A DNA stretch of 64,000 nt from Syntrophales bacterium (GTDB lineage Bacteria; Desulfobacterota; Syntrophia; Syntrophales; UBA2210), in contig CAXXKT010000003.1 of assembly GCA_963662405.2 (NCBI GenBank), positions 320,001-384,000 on the forward strand. Direction: 5' to 3'. This document shows positions 43,392-53,531 of the stretch, one piece after another (the first letter of the stretch is position 1; every line of letters begins with the position of its first letter). The notes under the pieces are model-generated. The model was not told the origin of the DNA. It saw nothing but the letters and a program-made list of their open reading frames with translations, and did not search any database. A program made the position numbers and the translations under genes.

Positions 43392-46267
43392 GCATCTTTC
43401 CTTTCTTTCATAAAGGTTCTGATCGCTGTTTCCAGTTTCCCTAGTTCATCGTCCATAGCTACAATTTTCGTTTCCAATTGCTCTTGATAAAGCAAAACGA
43501 TCCGTCTGTACTCACAAAGATCCTTTTTTCCCAAGTGCTCAGTGATATCATGAGGAATCGATTTCACGAAATCGGAAAATGAGCGGCAACCATGCAATAT
43601 TCTTTTACGGGTGTCGATAATATCTTGATGCAATGATAATAGGTATTTGTCTATATTCTCAGTTTTTGAAAGGACTTTGAATTGCAGGAAATCATCACGA
43701 TAATCCTTCAAACCTTCCAGCTCCCTTCCGGCAAGCCGCTCAAGAGATGCATAATGGTCAAAAAGTGTGTGTACTACGTATGAATATCTCCCATTCTTTA
43801 GCGTAAGAAACCATTTCTGTTCTTTGATAACTGACATCAGGGTGTTGTTATCAGGAAGTCTGTTATTCCGGAAATCAAGATATTGATTGGCGTCAAGCCC
43901 GACGATTTGGCGCGGTGCATACAGACCCTCCGTATAATAATATGCCTGCCCGGGCTCCAATCGTGCAATTTCCTCCATCTGGAATTTTTCTAATAACATG
44001 GCACCACCTAGGTCTTCTCTGTCATTAAGGCTGACCAACCGGTGTGCAAGTTTGGTGCCGGTAGTTTTGACCACCGAAGCGGCTACAGCCGTTGGAAGCT
44101 GATCTGCTATGATTATTCCCTCGCCCATTGCCCGAATCTCCGCCAACATGCGAACCACAAACTCTGCCGCATAGACTTTTGGATCCGCAAAATCTTCAGA
44201 GGGGTGTGCATTGTCGCTCCGCCCCACGATATTGTGCGCTTCTTCAATTACCGTTACATGTTTCAGATCTCTGCTGTACTGTCGGGTAATTTTAATTTCC
44301 TCCCAAATGGAGGTAAGGAGAAAGAGCACTAATAGACAGGATTGAAAGGTGTTAAGGTTTTGCACTTCTATTACGGTCGGGTGTTTCAAGAGTTCAGTGA
44401 TTGAAGGCATAGACTGTCGGCAATTAAATATATTCCCCATTATAAGTCGAGTAAGACTGGATAAGCGCACATCTATTGCCGCCGCAAGATTAGAGCGTAC
44501 CTCTCCGACGTATCCTTTGGTTGCCATAATCGCTCTGGCAGCATCAACCAAGTCATTCATGACAGGAAAATCAGTCAGCTGCTGGTCACGCTTTTTGTGA
44601 CGCTTCCTGTTTTCATATACTGCCTCGACTGACTCTGACAGCAATGCCTGCAGAGGGCCGCCAAGCGGCATGGAAGCTTCGAAACATGTCAAAAGTTGAC
44701 TGATATGCTCTCCGGTGGTAATCCCCTCGCTGAATTGAAAAGGATTAAAACGAAACGGCGACACTTCCTCTTTTCCTGGTGTATAGATTCTGAGTTCGCT
44801 CGCCAAATTGCGAATCATGGGATCAGGATGGTTGCCAAGCATCTTTAGCTGACGATATTCTGATTTTCCCGGCTCTATGACAAGGAATGGTATCCCTTTG
44901 CCAAAAAGTTGAACAAGCAGGTTGAATATCGCTGTTGTTTTACCCGAACCGGGGACTCCCGCCACGAACATGTGCTTCGTTAAGAGATTGTCCGGCATGT
45001 AGACAGGCGCATTGCCTTCACTAACCGTAGCCCAATAATCATTATAAGTTCCAAGGTTCATTTTGTCCGGAATTGACTCATTTCCTGTTTCAATTGCATG
45101 CCCCACGCACAACCCATCCCCGGATGCAGTTTTTCGATGATAATCAGTTGATTTCCAAAGGCATCGAGGTATGCTGTATCCTGAAACGGGGAAGCGAAAC
45201 ATTCCTTTAAATTCGTCAACGGAAGCCATATGAATGAGTTTTTTAAGATCGTTGCCATTGAGGAAGTCTTGTGAAGTGTGGTCGCGTGACTCAAAAAAGG
45301 GGATCATCTCAATGCTTGATCGCAAAGATTGTGCAAACCATGGATGGCTTTTGTCATAATCAATCAGTTTGTACAGTCCTTCCTCCAAGCCGCATTCTGC
45401 GGCAGTTGAAGCTAAGATGCGTGCATTCTCCTGAGAAGCTGCCCATATCTTTATGCTGAATGCTAGTTGAGGCTGCCGAAGTATGCGATGAACCTCTCGG
45501 TGAATTTTCAGAAATTCATCGGCCATGGGATCCTTGGCCCTCAGTTCATTTTCTCCCGGTAGTTTTGGCTCATACAGATCCTGAAAGGGGTCCAGTTGGT
45601 CCACGTCAATTATATAGTTGTTCCTGCTGTAACTATTAACGGCCATTAATTTCACAATTTCTCTATGCTGCAATTCTAATTGATCATGCTGCGAGGTTGG
45701 TTGAATCATAATTTCCAATAGAGCAGGATCGCGTACATAAGAGCATGCCTTGTCAAACATCATAAAATCGTTGTCATCCCTTGATTTGAAGGGGTGGATG
45801 CAATAATACATTTCGGGAACAAACTCATTGAGCTTGTGAATGTCTAATCCTGGTGGGCTTGAAGGTGTGATGTGTTCTTCGAGCCTGATTATCTCTGTGG
45901 CGGCTTGAAAAGATTTCCAATGTATAGGTAACGTAGCTTGTTTTTCAAATTCGTAGAATTCAGCTAGGGGACCTGCGAGAATGATTTGATTAATGAAGTC
46001 ATGGGAAATATTTCTTCTCGTTTTGATTCCCAGACAGCACCTCAGCCTATCTTGCGGTTTCCCGCCCAATTGTGGATTGTAATAAAATCGAAACACTAGA
46101 GTCAGTGCTCCGGGCTGGAAATTCGCAACCATCCGCAGCAAGTGTTCGGCTCTCATGAAGATTTGTTCCCGTACGGAACCTTCATATGCGGTTGTGAATT
46201 TGTAATGCGTGTAATCGGGGATCTCAGGAATATGGAAGTGATATTGAATGTCATTCATAGGCGCCAA
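43388..46267 (-). CDS. HerA/FtsK-like (DUF87-type) ATPase
   Basis: KHMFVAGVPGSGKT, IEEAHN, EIRAMGEG, ADQLP; long N-terminal region and coiled C-terminus. Confidence 0.88.
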   Translation of the reverse strand: MAPMNDIQYHFHIPEIPDYTHYKFTTAYEGSVREQIFMRAEHLLRMVANFQPGALTLVFRFYYNPQLGGKPQDRLRCCLGIKTRRNISHDFINQIILAGPLAEFYEFEKQATLPIHWKSFQAATEIIRLEEHITPSSPPGLDIHKLNEFVPEMYYCIHPFKSRDDNDFMMFDKACSYVRDPALLEIMIQPTSQHDQLELQHREIVKLMAVNSYSRNNYIIDVDQLDPFQDLYEPKLPGENELRAKDPMADEFLKIHREVHRILRQPQLAFSIKIWAASQENARILASTAAECGLEEGLYKLIDYDKSHPWFAQSLRSSIEMIPFFESRDHTSQDFLNGNDLKKLIHMASVDEFKGMFRFPVSGYSIPRCLWKSTDYHRKTASGDGLCVGHAIETGNESIPDKMNLGTYNDYWATVSEGNAPVYMPDNLLTKHMFVAGVPGSGKTTAIFNLLVQLFGKGIPFLVIEPGKSEYRQLKMLGNHPDPMIRNLASELRIYTPGKEEVSPFRFNPFQFSEGITTGEHISQLLTCFEASMPLGGPLQALLSESVEAVYENRKRHKKRDQQLTDFPVMNDLVDAARAIMATKGYVGEVRSNLAAAIDVRLSSLTRLIMGNIFNCRQSMPSITELLKHPTVIEVQNLNTFQSCLLVLFLLTSIWEEIKITRQYSRDLKHVTVIEEAHNIVGRSDNAHPSEDFADPKVYAAEFVVRMLAEIRAMGEGIIIADQLPTAVAASVVKTTGTKLAHRLVSLNDREDLGGAMLLEKFQMEEIARLEPGQAYYYTEGLYAPRQIVGLDANQYLDFRNNRLPDNNTLMSVIKEQKWFLTLKNGRYSYVVHTLFDHYASLERLAGRELEGLKDYRDDFLQFKVLSKTENIDKYLLSLHQDIIDTRKRILHGCRSFSDFVKSIPHDITEHLGKKDLCEYRRIVLLYQEQLETKIVAMDDELGKLETAIRTFMKERKDA

Positions 46268-46360
46268 CTTCAGTAATTAAGAATTTTCTGATGAGGTTTC
46301 AGTCATAATTTTCTAAAAATGTGGCAATTCTTAAACACTCGGTGAAAAAAGCACCCTTTT

Positions 46361-47320
46361 CTATGGTATGGAGAGGTCGCCCTTCGGTAATGCTGCAATA
46401 ATCGCCTCGGCTTCCTCTTCAATTTGCTTGCGGTTCATTCCCAGCTCATTTTCGAGTAACGCCCACTTGTCGCATGTAGGGCAATTTTTCCGTTTGTGAA
46501 CATTGGCGTATATGCATTTAAACGGGTCAGGAAATATCCATTCCTTCCGATTCCCCCACAATAAAAAATTATAAGGGATATCTTCAAGGAGGCTCTCCGT
46601 ATTTCTGAGAAGAGTGAGCAGTGCGATTTTTGCTTGGATGAGCGCTATAAAATGGATATCCAATCCAAGCCCAGGTTCGGCTTGATAGTGTTCCGTACTT
46701 TCTATGTTGCTATACGCAACGGACCCTATGGGTTTTGAGTCGAAACATTCAAGCTGCTGTATCGAGCCGATGACACAATCGTAGCAGGGCGTTTCTCCAG
46801 GAATTACCCGCATCACATCCCCGCCAAACGCGCGCTCATAAGCGCCGGCATATATAGCCGGGATTGAAATTCCTTTTTCATGCCACAATCGTATACACAC
46901 GTCGTTGATTATATATTTTGATTCTTCGGAATCCGTGCAGGGAAGAAGCAAATCAGAATTCTCGATCATCCATTCAAGGGTTGCTGTTTCTTCCGTTACG
47001 TCAACATTGAAGCATTCTGCCTCTGCCGCCGGATTGATATTGAGGATTGCATCCTTGACCGCCTCGGTTTTATACCTCCCGATATCACGCATTCCGCACA
47101 CATGACGCGAAACATTGTGGATTTCGAGTTTGTCAAAATCAGCAAGATAAAATCGAGAAACACCACACCTTGCCAGTGCAATTGAGGCAAAGGAACCTCC
47201 CGAACCAAGCCCGACAACAGTGATACGCTTGTCTTTTAAAATGTCTGTCTCGAAGATGCCGTTGATTCGCGAAAAAAGCTCATTGTGCGATAATGCCGTT
47301 TTTGTTTCTTTTTTTTGCAT
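46361..47320 (-). CDS. ThiF/E1-like adenylating enzyme
   Basis: VVGLGSGGS, DFDKLEIHNVSRH, GRYKTEAVK, CTD, Zn-binding PCYDC and CPTC. Confidence 0.92.
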   Translation of the reverse strand: MQKKETKTALSHNELFSRINGIFETDILKDKRITVVGLGSGGSFASIALARCGVSRFYLADFDKLEIHNVSRHVCGMRDIGRYKTEAVKDAILNINPAAEAECFNVDVTEETATLEWMIENSDLLLPCTDSEESKYIINDVCIRLWHEKGISIPAIYAGAYERAFGGDVMRVIPGETPCYDCVIGSIQQLECFDSKPIGSVAYSNIESTEHYQAEPGLGLDIHFIALIQAKIALLTLLRNTESLLEDIPYNFLLWGNRKEWIFPDPFKCIYANVHKRKNCPTCDKWALLENELGMNRKQIEEEAEAIIAALPKGDLSIP

Positions 47321-47352
47321 TGCTGTCTCCCGTGGAGCAATCTTCGGAACTC

Positions 47353-47961
47353 TCAATGATGAGCCCAGCGATGAGCGTAGTAACAAACGATGCCACAAAA
47401 ACGATATTTACTGTCTCCACAATCATGGCAATAAGTATATCGGGAACCTAATTTACCGCCGCATTGGGCGCACACATTATGAAGAAGATACCGGTCCGCA
47501 CATCTTGAGCTGCAAAATCTCAGTTTTTCCCTCATTGCACGGTCAACTTTATCGCTGTGCCAATACTGACTTGCCAGATGAGAACCGCATTGTGCACAGA
47601 TATTCTTATCCCAAAAGGAATCAAAACAGGAATCGCTGCAGAAGCGTAATTTTTTGCCCGTTTTCGAATTGAGTTTTTTACTATATGTGTAGCTCCTTCC
47701 TAATTTTCCACCGCATTCGGCGCAATATTCTTCCTCATAGTGTTTGTCGCGAAGATGCCGTTGAAAACATGCATCGGAACAATAACGTTTATCGTCATTG
47801 CAGCTTGTACAAACGAAATGAGTAAGATCGAGTTCTTTTCCGCACATATGGCAGCGTTTCTTAACCGGACTGGGAGAGGTAGCCTTAGGTGTCGAGACCG
47901 CTAAGTCCTTTCCCTCGACAATCTCACCATATTCATTAAACCGAGCTTTATTATAATCCAT
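47353..47961 (-). CDS. Tandem Zn-finger (TRASH/FCS-like) repeat protein
   Basis: Four repeats of CxxCG...(R)FCSxxC. Confidence 0.8.
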   Translation of the reverse strand: MDYNKARFNEYGEIVEGKDLAVSTPKATSPSPVKKRCHMCGKELDLTHFVCTSCNDDKRYCSDACFQRHLRDKHYEEEYCAECGGKLGRSYTYSKKLNSKTGKKLRFCSDSCFDSFWDKNICAQCGSHLASQYWHSDKVDRAMREKLRFCSSRCADRYLLHNVCAQCGGKLGSRYTYCHDCGDSKYRFCGIVCYYAHRWAHH

Positions 47962-48050
47962 TCAAGTTATGCCCTGTGTAACTGTTTTCAAGATGATTGG
48001 GTAATCTTATTCATGAATTGTTTTACAGTTGCGATTGAATCAGGCAAAAA

Positions 48051-48635
48051 TTACGCTTCTTTCCCAGGCCAATACTTACAGGGAATCTCGCTGCATCCGC
48101 AATGTTTTTCGTGATATTCATAACACCACAACCACGTCGAAGCCATCGCTATCAATGTGGCCCCTGTGGTGTTTGTCTGCCATGTGTTATCGTTCGGATG
48201 CATTAGGCAGAGTTCCCCTCCAGGAAATTGATGTTTCGGAGCGTTGATTTTAGGGTCTAGAACCCAGACATTTGGGTGGCTATACGGAAAATTTGAAGGG
48301 TAGATCAGTGCTACTTGATATGAACGGGTACCTTCCGGACGTACGTAACCTTTCCATGCCAGACCTTGTTCTGTTTCGAGGAGGGTAAAATAGGGGAACC
48401 TCACTTGCATCGCTCGTTTTTCCAACAGGAGTCGGCCCGGGTTGTCATGATACCATGCAAACCATCGCTGTGGTTTCAAACGAGTGGCTGATTCACCAGA
48501 GGAGGGATCAATTCTCCCTCCATCTTTCGACGGAATGGTATCATCTCCAGAAACAATCTCACCTTCTTCAAGGATGTCTATAGGTTTGCCTTCATCCAAT
48601 TGTCGCTTTATTTCATCCTCCAGACGTCTCGACAT
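48051..48635 (-). CDS. Prokaryotic E2 (UBC-fold) protein with acidic N-terminal extension
   Basis: LAWKG...YPSNFPYSHPNV...PKHQFPGGELCL (candidate catalytic Cys)...W...WPG. Confidence 0.8.
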   Translation of the reverse strand: MSRRLEDEIKRQLDEGKPIDILEEGEIVSGDDTIPSKDGGRIDPSSGESATRLKPQRWFAWYHDNPGRLLLEKRAMQVRFPYFTLLETEQGLAWKGYVRPEGTRSYQVALIYPSNFPYSHPNVWVLDPKINAPKHQFPGGELCLMHPNDNTWQTNTTGATLIAMASTWLWCYEYHEKHCGCSEIPCKYWPGKEA

Positions 48636-48756
48636 ATACACCTCCTTTTTCGAACCTCAGGGATTGAGAATAGTTCACATCGGAACTTATCCAAGAGTGA
48701 GACCATGCTTCCTTGTTATTGCCACGAAACCATCATACATGACCAGAAAAGAATCT

Positions 48757-49950
48757 TCATTCTCTTCTCAGGTCAGCAAACCCTAATATGTTCACAATAC
48801 CCCCAATACAGGGGGGTATTCTTCCAGATTCCCAATCAGACTTCAGTTTTTCCACCATCCCTTGCACATAGGCATGCCAATCCATCTCCCTATTTTCAAC
48901 ACGGCCGTCAAAATCAATAATATTTTCAATCGTTCCGTTGTGCAGCAAATACAGTTCCGGGAAGGTGTTTGGATAATCATGGGAACAGATCACCTCCAGA
49001 AAAACTCGTCTATAATGCGGAGAGGCAAATCTCCAGGCAAGTCTTCCGGTCGGCAACATTCTCAGGCCGACTCTACTACACAATGATTTGAGTGTTCTTT
49101 TTTCTGCCATCAATAGATTTTTCCCTTGCGCGGTTTCATACCATCGATCGTTCTTGTCTTTATGTTGTTCCACCGTTTCAGTATCATGTAACAATTCATG
49201 TGACACGTCTTGCAGCTGATTTTCTTTCGATACACAGCATGATGAAGAACCCGCTGATTCACGCCTATCGCTATGAGTGCCACCACCGTCTAACGATGAT
49301 GGGGCACCAGCGTCAGTGAACTTGTTACACAATTCTCCAGCATTGGTCTTGTCAAATGTCTTGCAGTTGACATATGCCGTGTAAAATTGACTGACTTTCT
49401 CTTGTGTGCCTAAGTCGCAGGAAGCAATCTGGAAGTGAAAAGGATGGAACTGGAAAGTGTTATCCATATAGTAGGGATAGCAAGCAATGTTTTGTTCAGT
49501 AGGCCAGAAGAAGTATTCAACAAGGGCACGATGGAAAGGCAACTGCAGGTAATCGGTAGTGTGAGACAATACCCACACGGGGAATACCATTAAATCTCCG
49601 GTTTTATAGTCGGGATCTTTCAATATCTCCTCCACGCCTTTTCTATCTTCTTCGCTCGGTTCTGTAAGTGTCGGAGGATGTTTATGCCACTCACCGATGT
49701 AATCGACTCCGGTTTTTTCGGCAAAGTGATCAAGTGCCGCTTGAGAAAACTCCAGGTCTCTTTCAAACATGGCGGGCCTGTGGACCGCTTTCGGTCCGGG
49801 GGGAGTGGCGTGCGTAATCAACCGACCATTAGGCAACTTTGTTCCCAATAACAGGCCCCCTGTTTCCAATCTATGATCAACTTTCAGAAGTTCCTCCTCA
49901 ATGAACGAGAGGACGGAAGGGAAAATTATAATATTTGGTGGAGGTCTCAT
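48757..49950 (-). CDS. JAB/MPN metalloprotease fused to a degenerate E2-like C-terminal domain
   Basis: ETGGLLLG, GEWHKHP, PSEED; C-terminal WYET..LLMAEK...LAW...DYPNTFPELY. Confidence 0.85.
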   Translation of the reverse strand: MRPPPNIIIFPSVLSFIEEELLKVDHRLETGGLLLGTKLPNGRLITHATPPGPKAVHRPAMFERDLEFSQAALDHFAEKTGVDYIGEWHKHPPTLTEPSEEDRKGVEEILKDPDYKTGDLMVFPVWVLSHTTDYLQLPFHRALVEYFFWPTEQNIACYPYYMDNTFQFHPFHFQIASCDLGTQEKVSQFYTAYVNCKTFDKTNAGELCNKFTDAGAPSSLDGGGTHSDRRESAGSSSCCVSKENQLQDVSHELLHDTETVEQHKDKNDRWYETAQGKNLLMAEKRTLKSLCSRVGLRMLPTGRLAWRFASPHYRRVFLEVICSHDYPNTFPELYLLHNGTIENIIDFDGRVENREMDWHAYVQGMVEKLKSDWESGRIPPCIGGIVNILGFADLRRE

Positions 49951-49979
49951 GTATCAGTCCCATCTGTTCGGAAAGATAG

Positions 49980-51533
49980 TCAAAGGGTTTCGAGCAGCCG
50001 AGTCGCTTCGCGATACCCTTGTTCAGATGCCTTGCGAAGCCACTGCTCTGCGGTGACTTCATCAGCTGGAACACCTATCCCCTTCAGATAACAGTATCCG
50101 AGGTTGCACTGAGCAACCGCATTTCCTTCCATCGCCGCTTTATTATACCATCGTACCGCCTCAGCCTTGTCTTCTTTGACTCCTTCTCCATAGTAGTAAC
50201 AATTTCCAAGTGCGTTCTGGGCATCGGAAACACCTTTTTCGGCTGCGATACGATACCACTGCAAGGCTTCTCTCATATCTTTAGGCCGCCCCTGACCATA
50301 GTCATAGCAAAGCCCCATACCATACTGGGACATACCATGACCTCGTTCAGCTGCAAGCTTCCATAAGTGACATGCTTCCACCCTATCCTCACCGACTCCA
50401 TCCCCAAGGAAATAGAGAAGCCCCATCCTGTACAAAGCATCAGGATCGCCATCTTGGGCACCCCGTCGCAACGTGTCTAAGGCATCAGGTATCCATTGTT
50501 GAACTTCAGCAAAGATTTTTTCCTTAGGCTTTGAAGCATTCCAATACATGTCAAACCGTTCAAATAGCATATTGAGCTTTGCCGTATGGTCTTCGTCTGT
50601 GTATGGAGTAGTTGATGGATCCTTTTGATAGAGAGCCCCAGATAGCTCTGTGACATCACAAAAACGATGAGATGGGTCAAATTCCAAACTTTTCCATAGA
50701 ATGGAGGCTAAGGGTTCTCCGACATCCCTTAATTTTGGTTTGACGCCCCTGTAGTGCTTTTCCAGTATATCCTGGAGCGTTCCCACATAGGGAGGATCCC
50801 CATCCAGCAATTCAAAAAGGATGCATCCAAGGGAATATATGTCAGCTGTGCATGCAACATCTTTGGGACGAGCGGCCATGATCGATTCGGGAGCAATATA
50901 ATGGGCTACCGCCGATTCATTCCACTTAGTGGATGAAATTTTTACTCCCATGTTCTCTAGCTCGCTGGAAAGGCCAAAATCGGCTATTTTCAAGACATCG
51001 TTCACGAATAGTATATTCTCCGGTTTCAAGTCCAGATGAACAAGCCCGGCATCGTGAATGGCACCAACTCCTCGACAGAGTTGTTGAAAATAATTCAGTG
51101 CTTTGGCTTTTCTTTTCTCCACACCTGGGTTTGCAATCATCCAGTTTCTCAGACTGCCTTCAGCAAGTTCCATGGGCATCATTACAAGAGATAAGCCCTT
51201 GTACATACAATGAACAGGCAGATAACCATTTAAAATGTGACTCCTGTCCTTAATCTTCTCCCGTATACGGAATTCCTGGGCCAAATATTTGATAATTGAA
51301 GGCGTGTGGTCGTCGTCAGGTAGTGCCACGATCTTTAACGCAAGATTCATAGCCATCTGATTATCATAGACACAGTAGACAGAACCGTGCCGGCCTTTTC
51401 CCAGAAATTCCTTTATTTCGAAACGTCCTTCCTGCAAGTGGTCTCCTTCAGACAGCAAAACCGATTGAGAAGCTGTCGTATCACCTTCGGGCGAAAATCC
51501 AGCGTGAAACGAATCGTTTGAATTGTTCAACAC
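49980..51533 (-). CDS. Ser/Thr protein kinase with C-terminal Sel1-like repeats
   Basis: GKGRHGSVY, ALK, HLDLKPEN, DFG, APE, DIYSLG; four AQxxLGxCYxxGxGV repeats. Confidence 0.93.
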   Translation of the reverse strand: MLNNSNDSFHAGFSPEGDTTASQSVLLSEGDHLQEGRFEIKEFLGKGRHGSVYCVYDNQMAMNLALKIVALPDDDHTPSIIKYLAQEFRIREKIKDRSHILNGYLPVHCMYKGLSLVMMPMELAEGSLRNWMIANPGVEKRKAKALNYFQQLCRGVGAIHDAGLVHLDLKPENILFVNDVLKIADFGLSSELENMGVKISSTKWNESAVAHYIAPESIMAARPKDVACTADIYSLGCILFELLDGDPPYVGTLQDILEKHYRGVKPKLRDVGEPLASILWKSLEFDPSHRFCDVTELSGALYQKDPSTTPYTDEDHTAKLNMLFERFDMYWNASKPKEKIFAEVQQWIPDALDTLRRGAQDGDPDALYRMGLLYFLGDGVGEDRVEACHLWKLAAERGHGMSQYGMGLCYDYGQGRPKDMREALQWYRIAAEKGVSDAQNALGNCYYYGEGVKEDKAEAVRWYNKAAMEGNAVAQCNLGYCYLKGIGVPADEVTAEQWLRKASEQGYREATRLLETL

Positions 51534-51650
51534 ATCAGCCCTCCTTCAATGTCTGTAAACTGTTTTATGGGCCAGCCAGATCATATTTCACTGAACTTCC
51601 GAAACAACGGCTTATGGTACTGACTCTGTATCTTACACGAGTTGCTCAGT

Positions 51651-53531
51651 CTAACCCCCCGAACACGGTGCATATCTATCGAGTTCTTTCATTGTCTTAT
51701 GGATGCCGCTTACCCAGTTATCTATTGATCGTTGCCGGTTCAAATTCAGCAATCGGTACTCCCGTGCCAAAAAGGCATTAGTACGGATCACACTGTCAGA
51801 TGAATGACTCTTCTTGTTGGGATTGAATATGCAGTACCCGCTGACATGCCCGGTTTCTGCCATTATTTCGATTGCGTAATCCAGAAGAGGCGAGGGGGCA
51901 GGCAACCCTATCTGAGAAATATTGAGCCATCTGGTTTTTCGGATGCAGTGGCCATCGCAGAATGTTACATTCTCCTGTGACATACTCACAGATCTGCCTT
52001 TGGACGCAATCTTTTCAGCAATGCTTCTTTCCCAAAGCGCTAACGTTTTAAGCGACCGAATCCGCAATAGAGTCAGTTCTCTGACGGGGATTATTACCCG
52101 CCATTGAAATGGTCGTTCTAGAACTGCATCTTTTTCGATTTCCTGAACAACCAATTGTTCAGTAGAAAAATCAGACCTTATTGTATTACAGGGATCGATG
52201 CGACAGATCGAATGCACTCGAAGTTTTTCGATTACTTCCGAAAGGCCCTCTTGATAGGATGTTATTTTCTCATAATTTTCTATGGCTAACTCCGGTTCAT
52301 TCAACATTTCAAGCAGCTCAGCCAAGCGATAAAAAATCCCTGCGGTATCTTGTGATATACTGATTTTTTTCGTCAATTGGCGCAGAAATCCCAATTCGTG
52401 AAGTGATTTGCCCCGCAGTCGAGCACTTTCAGCCTGAAGGAGCTTGGCTTCGGGCCAGAATCCTTTTTTAACCAGTTCTTTGAGCATAGGCTTCATTTTA
52501 TCTGGATTCATCGCCTCTGCCTGTGCTTGTTCTATCAGCTTATTCTTGACCACTGTGACTTCATTCCGTTTCAACCTTTCAACAACCTTGGGCGGTAATG
52601 TAGTCAGAGATCGAAGACTTAGATTCCTTACGGCACCCATTTGCCGGAATTGAGGCAATGAGAAGATTCTAAGAGTTTGGTTTTTATCTGCACCAATGCA
52701 AAGAGCGGCGATTTTCTCCTTTCCCACTGGAGCAAGTCTCAAGATGGCAGAAGGTAATGCTTTTTCATGCACCAGACTTTTTTTTCTCAGATCCCATAGC
52801 TTCAGCTTCTTATCTTTCATGCCACCAGTTATTAAATGTTCTCCACAAGTGGCGACTGCATAAAAGACTCCGTCGTGACCCGTCAAAGTTTCATGCCGGC
52901 ATTCGTCTCGAAGGTTTATTAGGTGTAATCGTCCCTCCATTGAAGGAGCACATATATATCCGGCATCAGCATCAAAAGCCAGGACTGGGAAGAGATGTAG
53001 AGGGTCTCTTGGGAAGAGAAATCCTTCCATCTCAAATTGGCTAGCACGTGAATCAAGATCCCATATCTTAAGCTTTCCATCGATTCCCAGGCTCGTGACA
53101 ACTCTGTTGCCCAAAGCAACAATAGAGCAGATAGTGCCACGATGGGCATCCAGATCCCCTATTGGACGCTGTTCAGGGATTGAGATAAGACGGATTTTAC
53201 CATTGGCTCCAGCTGACAGAAGTATTTCGTCCGTAAGAAACGTTAAAGATGTTACAGGACAAAGCTGATGGTATATCTCAAAAAGAGGAGGGGTGTTTTC
53301 AGGAAGGCTTTGACTAGGGAAAAGCCAGAGACGAATCATCCCGACTTTCGAACCTGCTGCCAAATATCGTCCGCTTGGGGAAATCGAAAGGGCATAGACG
53401 CCTTTTGTTCTTTTATCACTGAACAGTATGTGACCCGTTTCATTTATACCGATGCTCCGCCAAATACGAAGTTCTCCATCAGCATCCGTTCCAGCTCCCG
53501 TTATCACGCTGTCATAATAAGGAATCATCAT
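51651..53531 (-). CDS. WD40-repeat protein with TPR-like helices, ending in -PCSGG
   Basis: SISPSGRYLAAGS..IRLW, AH..LKIWD, GH..LKLWD; YRLAELLEMLNEPELAIENYEK. Confidence 0.85.
   Translation of the reverse strand: MMIPYYDSVITGAGTDADGELRIWRSIGINETGHILFSDKRTKGVYALSISPSGRYLAAGSKVGMIRLWLFPSQSLPENTPPLFEIYHQLCPVTSLTFLTDEILLSAGANGKIRLISIPEQRPIGDLDAHRGTICSIVALGNRVVTSLGIDGKLKIWDLDSRASQFEMEGFLFPRDPLHLFPVLAFDADAGYICAPSMEGRLHLINLRDECRHETLTGHDGVFYAVATCGEHLITGGMKDKKLKLWDLRKKSLVHEKALPSAILRLAPVGKEKIAALCIGADKNQTLRIFSLPQFRQMGAVRNLSLRSLTTLPPKVVERLKRNEVTVVKNKLIEQAQAEAMNPDKMKPMLKELVKKGFWPEAKLLQAESARLRGKSLHELGFLRQLTKKISISQDTAGIFYRLAELLEMLNEPELAIENYEKITSYQEGLSEVIEKLRVHSICRIDPCNTIRSDFSTEQLVVQEIEKDAVLERPFQWRVIIPVRELTLLRIRSLKTLALWERSIAEKIASKGRSVSMSQENVTFCDGHCIRKTRWLNISQIGLPAPSPLLDYAIEIMAETGHVSGYCIFNPNKKSHSSDSVIRTNAFLAREYRLLNLNRQRSIDNWVSGIHKTMKELDRYAPCSGG

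Noticed and set aside
46361..49950. CBASS/Pycsar, or thiamine/molybdopterin biosynthesis
   Set aside because: No CD-NTase or cyclase, E1 and E2 are separate genes, and no ThiS/MoaD or pathway enzymes are nearby.
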